64,000 nt of DNA from a virus (Duplodnaviria; Caudoviricetes): the IMG/VR virus record IMGVR_UViG_3300029288_000076, positions 64,001-128,000 of that record. One strand, given 5' to 3'. Below are positions 58,807-64,000 of the stretch, piece by piece. A model generated the notes under the pieces. The model saw only the letters and a list, made by a program, of their open reading frames with translations. It had not been told where the DNA came from and did not search any database. Position numbers and translations under genes: made by a program. The first letter of the stretch is position 1. Each line of letters begins with the position of its first letter.

Positions 58807-59331
58807 CTCATATCCTCTTTAAGTAAATGGCTATTCTTTTTTTAACCTCTAATAAAAGCTTCCTTATTAAAACGTTTTGTTTAAAATACCAAAAAGATAT
58901 ATATCCATCGTCAATATCTAAATCCCTATAATCTACTGGCCATTTGACAAACTTCCTTAATAGTTTCCCATATATTTTATTAAACACTCTTGTAATAAAA
59001 TTAATAAGTTTTACCATTACAGCAATATAATACTTATTTGAATAAGCTAATCCGTCCCAACCAATAAAATCATTATAAGAAGAGCATTTATAAAGCGTTA
59101 AGTGTTTGCTGCTATACTTATTAGAAGGTTTATTACAATTAAAAAATGGACTAGAAAGTAGCCAAACTTTATTATAGAAAAATTTAATGTCATAATAATC
59201 AAAAAGAAGTGTATGAATTGGATTAGCATATGAAACAAGAACACCATACTTATCTTCTTTCTCTATAGCTAGTTTATTAATGCCATCAATAGCTTCTATA
59301 TAAATATCTTTTATCCAGCATCTATATTCTC

Positions 59332-59904
59332 CTACCATCTTGCACCTGTTACCCAATTTGAACTTTTATTTGGGCCTTCATATAAAAACGCACAATCTTC
59401 ATGAACAAGTGTTTTTCCATAAATTTTAAAACCTAATCTCAATTCAGGATGAATAGAAGTAATAAGCGAAAAGAATAGATCCGGGCTCATAGTTTTTCTA
59501 TTTACAACAGGAATAAGCTTATCAATAGCATAACATTCCCACCTACCAGTTTTAGTATTAAAAATAGGACAATGTGTAGAATGACCAGATGAGGTATCAT
59601 AACCTTCACGTTTCAAATCTTCTTGATGATTAAGACATCTACAACCAGAGTTTATAATAATAGGTCCTGGATATTTTTTGTTTTTCTCAGCCCTTTCATC
59701 TTCAAATGATTTAAGAATATAAGGATGGATAATCTGCGACCAATCTACTTCAGCACATTGACGCCTACCATATCTATGGCTACAACTGCAGGCTATTTCA
59801 GAATAAGTTATGTGATCTGAGACATACCACTTTCCGTTTTTTAAAAAAGCATTTTTAGGCTTATTATTTTCTATCTGAGGATAATTATTATATTCATTAA
59901 TCAA
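59332..59904 (-). CDS. Peptidase M15-family (Zn D-Ala-D-Ala / L-Ala-D-Glu peptidase fold) cell-wall hydrolase
   Basis: EIACSC, IIINSGCRCLNH, SSGHSTH, YAID, LVHED. Confidence 0.75.
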   Translation of the reverse strand: MINEYNNYPQIENNKPKNAFLKNGKWYVSDHITYSEIACSCSHRYGRRQCAEVDWSQIIHPYILKSFEDERAEKNKKYPGPIIINSGCRCLNHQEDLKREGYDTSSGHSTHCPIFNTKTGRWECYAIDKLIPVVNRKTMSPDLFFSLITSIHPELRLGFKIYGKTLVHEDCAFLYEGPNKSSNWVTGARW

Positions 59905-60261
59905 TTAACTCACCTTTATAATAAGTTAATATACATTCAAAAAATAACCATCCGCAAATGAAACTTATTTCTTTGTCAAGCTCGGCGTACATAAAATTTA
60001 ACCTTGGAATAATTTCGCAACTATTTAGATTATAACCATATTCTATAGTCAATCTTTTACAAAATACAAATTCATCCCACCAATCTTTAATCATTTTCTT
60101 TACTCCTTTCAAATTTATCACAAAAACCGTTTATTTGTGCATAAGCAGGCTGTATTCTATCTAAATAACAATAAATTTCTCCTTCACAACCAAAACTTGA
60201 TTTTTCACAAACATAGCAGCAATCAGGAAATTTAGACAAATTTATCTCTTTATAATTAGAT

Positions 60262-60765
60262 CTAATTTCTTTCATTATTAATAAACTTTTCATCAACGTT
60301 TTCTTCTGCAGGCATATTATCAATAATAATATATCCATAATCTTGTGGTAACTTAGCACTATATAACTTAAATCTCAAAGGCCAGTTGTCTCTAAGCATA
60401 ATCCAATTGGCAACATTATCATTATGATTGATAATATGATTTTGAAGTGTAATAACGTTTTCAGCTCTTTTTATTCCTGTATTATTTTGTGCAAGATCAG
60501 TAATTACACCCGAAGGTACATGATACTCATATTCACCAATAATGTTATTACTAGTAGTATACACCCCAATATTTGTTTTTAGAGCTTGCATGCTTCCATA
60601 ATTATTCCAATCACTAGTTTTACCTATACAACTTCCCATTGAACTAAGTAACAATAAAACTGAAAATATTCCACCAAATATCTGCATACTATCATTATCA
60701 AAAATACAACCAAATATCCAAATAAATAATGCAACAATTCCTAATGTTAAAATAATCCAAACCAT
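60262..60765 (-). CDS. Two-TM membrane protein
   Basis: Two hydrophobic helices then soluble domain; GAGGAG SD. Confidence 0.55.
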   Translation of the reverse strand: MVWIILTLGIVALFIWIFGCIFDNDSMQIFGGIFSVLLLLSSMGSCIGKTSDWNNYGSMQALKTNIGVYTTSNNIIGEYEYHVPSGVITDLAQNNTGIKRAENVITLQNHIINHNDNVANWIMLRDNWPLRFKLYSAKLPQDYGYIIIDNMPAEENVDEKFINNERN

Positions 60766-61782
60766 TTTATTTCTCCTCAGCTATGAATATCTTATATTCT
60801 TTTTTAAGATCTTGAATTGCTGCTATATATCCTTCCCAATATGTTTTGATATGAACACCAGAATGAATAATTTTTGCTGCTTGTTCACACTCTGTCATCC
60901 TATCATAAAAAGATCTTTTTTCCATTATTCCTCCCTTAGTATATATTTTCCGTATTTTTCTTCAGCTTCAAAACACTTTTTGCATACCTTTCCTGTATAG
61001 CCAAAAACAACAAACCTAGACCATTTAATATGATTATTTTGAATCATATCTAAAATAGGTATTTTCTTTCTACATTTTTCACAAATATTTATCCTAGCAT
61101 ATTTACCATAAGTAGCTTTTATCAAAATCCATTTTAATTTTGCTATAAAAAAAGATCTATAACCATTCACATAACCTTCGCAGAGACTTGTTTCTCTAAC
61201 AATTGCATATTTACCAGACACTCCAGAAGTTACTTTATTATTTTTACATAAAGCAAAATTTTTATAAGAACACTCATCCCACCGCCCATAAACTCTTTTA
61301 AAAGATTCTATTACTTCTAGTTCTGATATAAGCGGCGAACTCCTAAGATAACTATGAAAATACTCTGAATATTTTTCCATTATTCCTCCTCTATACTTAT
61401 TTCATTCAAGCGTTTAATAGCATTTTGATAAATTTCTGGCGAAACATATCTTTTGAATTCTTGCAAAAGATAATTAAACTGATCTGAAAGCAATTGAACT
61501 CTTCTTAGCATATTATCATAATTATCATAATTATCTTTCTCAATCATTTTCAACCTCCTCCTCAACAGCGTGAGAAACTTCAAAAGGATTTATATAATGA
61601 ATAATTTTTTCAGATTCTTTTATCATAATAAATGGGCAGTTAAAGTCAAGAAGTTCTATCCCCTCAGTAGATTCAACTTCAAATGGAATCTTATCCTCAA
61701 TCCAACTAATATTTATTTTATATTTCTTTTTCTTCTTTGATTTTTCTGAAATACTAACTATATTATCCTTTTTGTTTTCCAA

Positions 61783-63117
61783 TTATAGTCCTCCCTTTCC
61801 TATTGCTTTGTATAAAAATCCTAACTCTGTTACTTTAACAGAATCAAAAACATTTCTTCCATCTACAATTATAAAAGTATTCATCAAACCTTTAATATCT
61901 TCAAGATCAATAGCTAGATATTCTTTATGCTTAGTAGCTACTACCAAGGCATCAGAATCTTTCAAAGCAGTTTTAATGTTATTTGTTAAATTAACACCAT
62001 GAAATTCTTTTACATAAGGATCATGGACTATAACTTCCGAACCTAAAGATAATAATTGATGAACCAAATCATAAGTAGGACTATTTCTAATGTCATCTGA
62101 ATTTTCAAGATAAGCAGCTCCCAGTATAGCTACTTTTATATTGGTAAAACGTTTCTCTTTAATTGTTAAGCATTCATATAGTAAACTAATGATATGATGA
62201 GGCATAGAATTATTAATACTTCTTGCTAACTCTACGAATTGAGTATGAACAGTTTTCTTTCCATATAACTTAAGACCATATAGCAATAACCAAGTATCTT
62301 TTGGAAGACAGTGGCCACCAACTCCAGTTCCTGGCAAATGCATCATTCTCTCAGATCTAGTATTTATAAGCTCTTGTACTTCATACACATTAATTCCAAG
62401 ACTTTCACAAATTAAAGCCATTTCATTTGCAAAAGCTATATTAACGTCCCTATAAGCATTTTCAATAGTTTTTGTAGCTTCAGCTGTTTTTATATTTGTA
62501 GTATAAATTGGAGCCTTTATTATTGATGAATATAGCTTCTTAGCTCTATATTCACTTTCTTTATCAAACCCACCTACTATTCTTGGAAGTTCTTTTATAG
62601 ATTGTAATAGCTTTCCGGGCATTAGTCTTTCAAATGAATAAGCCAATAAAAAATCTTTTCCTGCTTTTAAACCTGTTTGCTCTATAATTGGTATTATTAT
62701 GTTTTCAGTAGTTCCTGGAGCAAGAGTAGATTCTATAATTATAAGCGCTCCTGACTTCATCTTCCAACTCATTTCATGAATTGCTTCTTTAAGATCAATA
62801 TAATCTGGTTCATTATATTGATTTACTGGAGTTTGAACGCAAATTATAATAATATCTCTGTCACTTAATCTTGAATAATCATCAGTAGCATAAAAAGACT
62901 TTTTATCCACAACTCTTTTAATTAATTCTGCTAATTCAGGCTCATCACCATTTATAGTAGATTCACCAGCATTAAGTGTTTTTATCTTCCATTCACTATT
63001 CTTTGCTCCTTTCTCTAAACCTACAACATGATTGTCTTCAACATCAGCTAATAATGCTGCGCACGGGAGACCAACATATCCCATTCCTATTACTGCTATT
63101 TTTACTTGATTGTTCAT
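61783..63117 (-). CDS. UDP-glucose/GDP-mannose dehydrogenase family protein (WecC/WbpA-like)
   Basis: GMGYVG, ICVQTP, IESTLAPGTT, ERLMPG, AEATKTIENAYRDVNIAFANE, PGTGVGGHCLPKD, DDIRNSP, HDPYV. Confidence 0.95.
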   Translation of the reverse strand: MNNQVKIAVIGMGYVGLPCAALLADVEDNHVVGLEKGAKNSEWKIKTLNAGESTINGDEPELAELIKRVVDKKSFYATDDYSRLSDRDIIIICVQTPVNQYNEPDYIDLKEAIHEMSWKMKSGALIIIESTLAPGTTENIIIPIIEQTGLKAGKDFLLAYSFERLMPGKLLQSIKELPRIVGGFDKESEYRAKKLYSSIIKAPIYTTNIKTAEATKTIENAYRDVNIAFANEMALICESLGINVYEVQELINTRSERMMHLPGTGVGGHCLPKDTWLLLYGLKLYGKKTVHTQFVELARSINNSMPHHIISLLYECLTIKEKRFTNIKVAILGAAYLENSDDIRNSPTYDLVHQLLSLGSEVIVHDPYVKEFHGVNLTNNIKTALKDSDALVVATKHKEYLAIDLEDIKGLMNTFIIVDGRNVFDSVKVTELGFLYKAIGKGGL

Positions 63118-63120
63118 ACT

Positions 63121-63999
63121 TTAATGAATCACATTACTAAATTGACCTTCCCTACGAACAGTCAACTTGTCAGGAACTAAAGGATCAAGCAAAGAATTGT
63201 GATTAACTAAGAAAATAGAATTTAATCCACCTTCTTCTGCTAATTTATTTTTTAACAAAGAAATTACAGCTTCGCACCCACTTAAATCAAGAAACGAAAA
63301 CGTTTCATCAAGAATTAAAACGTTACTTTTATTTGTAGTAACTAGATCTCTAAGAGCAAAAAGAACAGACAAATTCAACCTTGTTTTTTCACCACCAGAA
63401 AGAGATTGGTAATCATATTCAATTCCATCAATACTGATATTAAATGAAATCTTTTCTCTTTCCTCCCCAGACTTAAGTATAGCTTTATTAGAAAATAAAA
63501 CTTCTATATTTGTATAACCTATTTCACTAAGATAGAAATTAATTTGTTGGTTAAAAACGTCAATTATATTATCCAAAATAAAACTACGTATTCCTTTTTT
63601 CCCAAAAGATTTTTCCCAAAAAGAAAGTATCTTTCTGTCTTCAATATACTTCTTTTCTTTTTTCTCTTCTTCATCAACTTCATCAGCTAATTTAACAAGA
63701 TCTTTTTGTATTTTCTCGATATCTTTTTCTAAATTAGGGATAGTTAAGTCTTTCTCGTTTATTCTACTTTCAAGGTCTTTTAACCTTGATGTTAGATTAT
63801 CAATTTCTTTTTGTTTTAATTTAACATCATTTTTTAACTTTTCTTGATTTCTAAAAGACTCTCTCGCTTGCTTTTCTAGCTTTACTACTTCTTCATTTAG
63901 GCCAGCCAACTCCTTTTTCATTTCAGTTTGACTAAGATTGTTATCAGCCAGCTCGGCTTTAATAGGAATAAGTAACTCTTCAAAAGAATTTATAAGCTC
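63121..63999 (-). CDS. SbcC/Rad50/gp46-like recombination ATPase, C-terminal part (5' end beyond window)
   Basis: Coiled coil, signature LSGGEK, Walker B LILDETFSFLD, H-loop LVNH; frame is open to the window edge. Confidence 0.92.
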   Translation of the reverse strand, partial: ELINSFEELLIPIKAELADNNLSQTEMKKELAGLNEEVVKLEKQARESFRNQEKLKNDVKLKQKEIDNLTSRLKDLESRINEKDLTIPNLEKDIEKIQKDLVKLADEVDEEEKKEKKYIEDRKILSFWEKSFGKKGIRSFILDNIIDVFNQQINFYLSEIGYTNIEVLFSNKAILKSGEEREKISFNISIDGIEYDYQSLSGGEKTRLNLSVLFALRDLVTTNKSNVLILDETFSFLDLSGCEAVISLLKNKLAEEGGLNSIFLVNHNSLLDPLVPDKLTVRREGQFSNVIH

Positions 64000-64000
64000 T

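Noticed and set aside
9478-62002. Most + strand ORFs after 9 kb (e.g. 43383-43841, 43917-44183, 11913-12239) and - strand ORFs before 9 kb
   Set aside because: They are antisense to well-supported genes in unidirectional blocks and lack SD or family motifs.
1-64000. Stop-codon reassignment as the cause of the many short ORFs
   Set aside because: Known genes end at expected lengths with TAG (thg1), TGA (rtcB, thyX, lysozyme) and TAA (terL), and long genes have no internal stops; the standard code fits.
1-64000. tRNA or rRNA genes
   Set aside because: No GGTTCGA-type T-arm cloverleaf or rRNA-like sequence seen by eye; tRNAscan-SE/ARAGORN should confirm.

Overview
AT-rich fragment of a large (jumbo-type) tailed dsDNA phage genome, probably infecting a diderm host. 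It is packed with short hypothetical ORFs, running on the + strand from 1 to about 8995 and on the - strand from 9017 to the end. Recognisable genes: Thg1 tRNA-His guanylyltransferase, terminase large subunit, GH24 lysozyme, sigma-70-like factor, FmdB Zn-ribbon, acyl carrier protein, Holliday-junction resolvase, RtcB RNA ligase, SprT-like protein, Ro60/TROVE-related VWA (DUF2828-type) protein, ThyX, HAD phosphatase, MazG-like pyrophosphatase, TSCPD protein, M15 peptidase, nucleotide-sugar dehydrogenase and the C-terminus of an SbcC/gp46 ATPase. The strongest unexplained signal is at 44663-45190. A phage-type promoter sits upstream of four ~50-58 nt RNA hairpin units. Their closing stems covary perfectly, they share an unpaired UU(A/U)CAGCAA motif, and their inner hairpins differ (one is an exact tRNA-Asn anticodon loop). 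The units lie directly upstream of the Ro-like VWA gene, with RtcB and a second promoter-linked structured RNA downstream. This is a candidate phage Ro/Y-like-RNA/RtcB RNA-repair or decoy system. Other notable items are a further structured ncRNA candidate (1382-1485), an outer-membrane barrel-like protein with a His/Trp/Cys-rich repeat insert, a repeated promoter motif, recombination scars and several dispersed paralog families. All family assignments come from motif recognition by eye; no searches were run.
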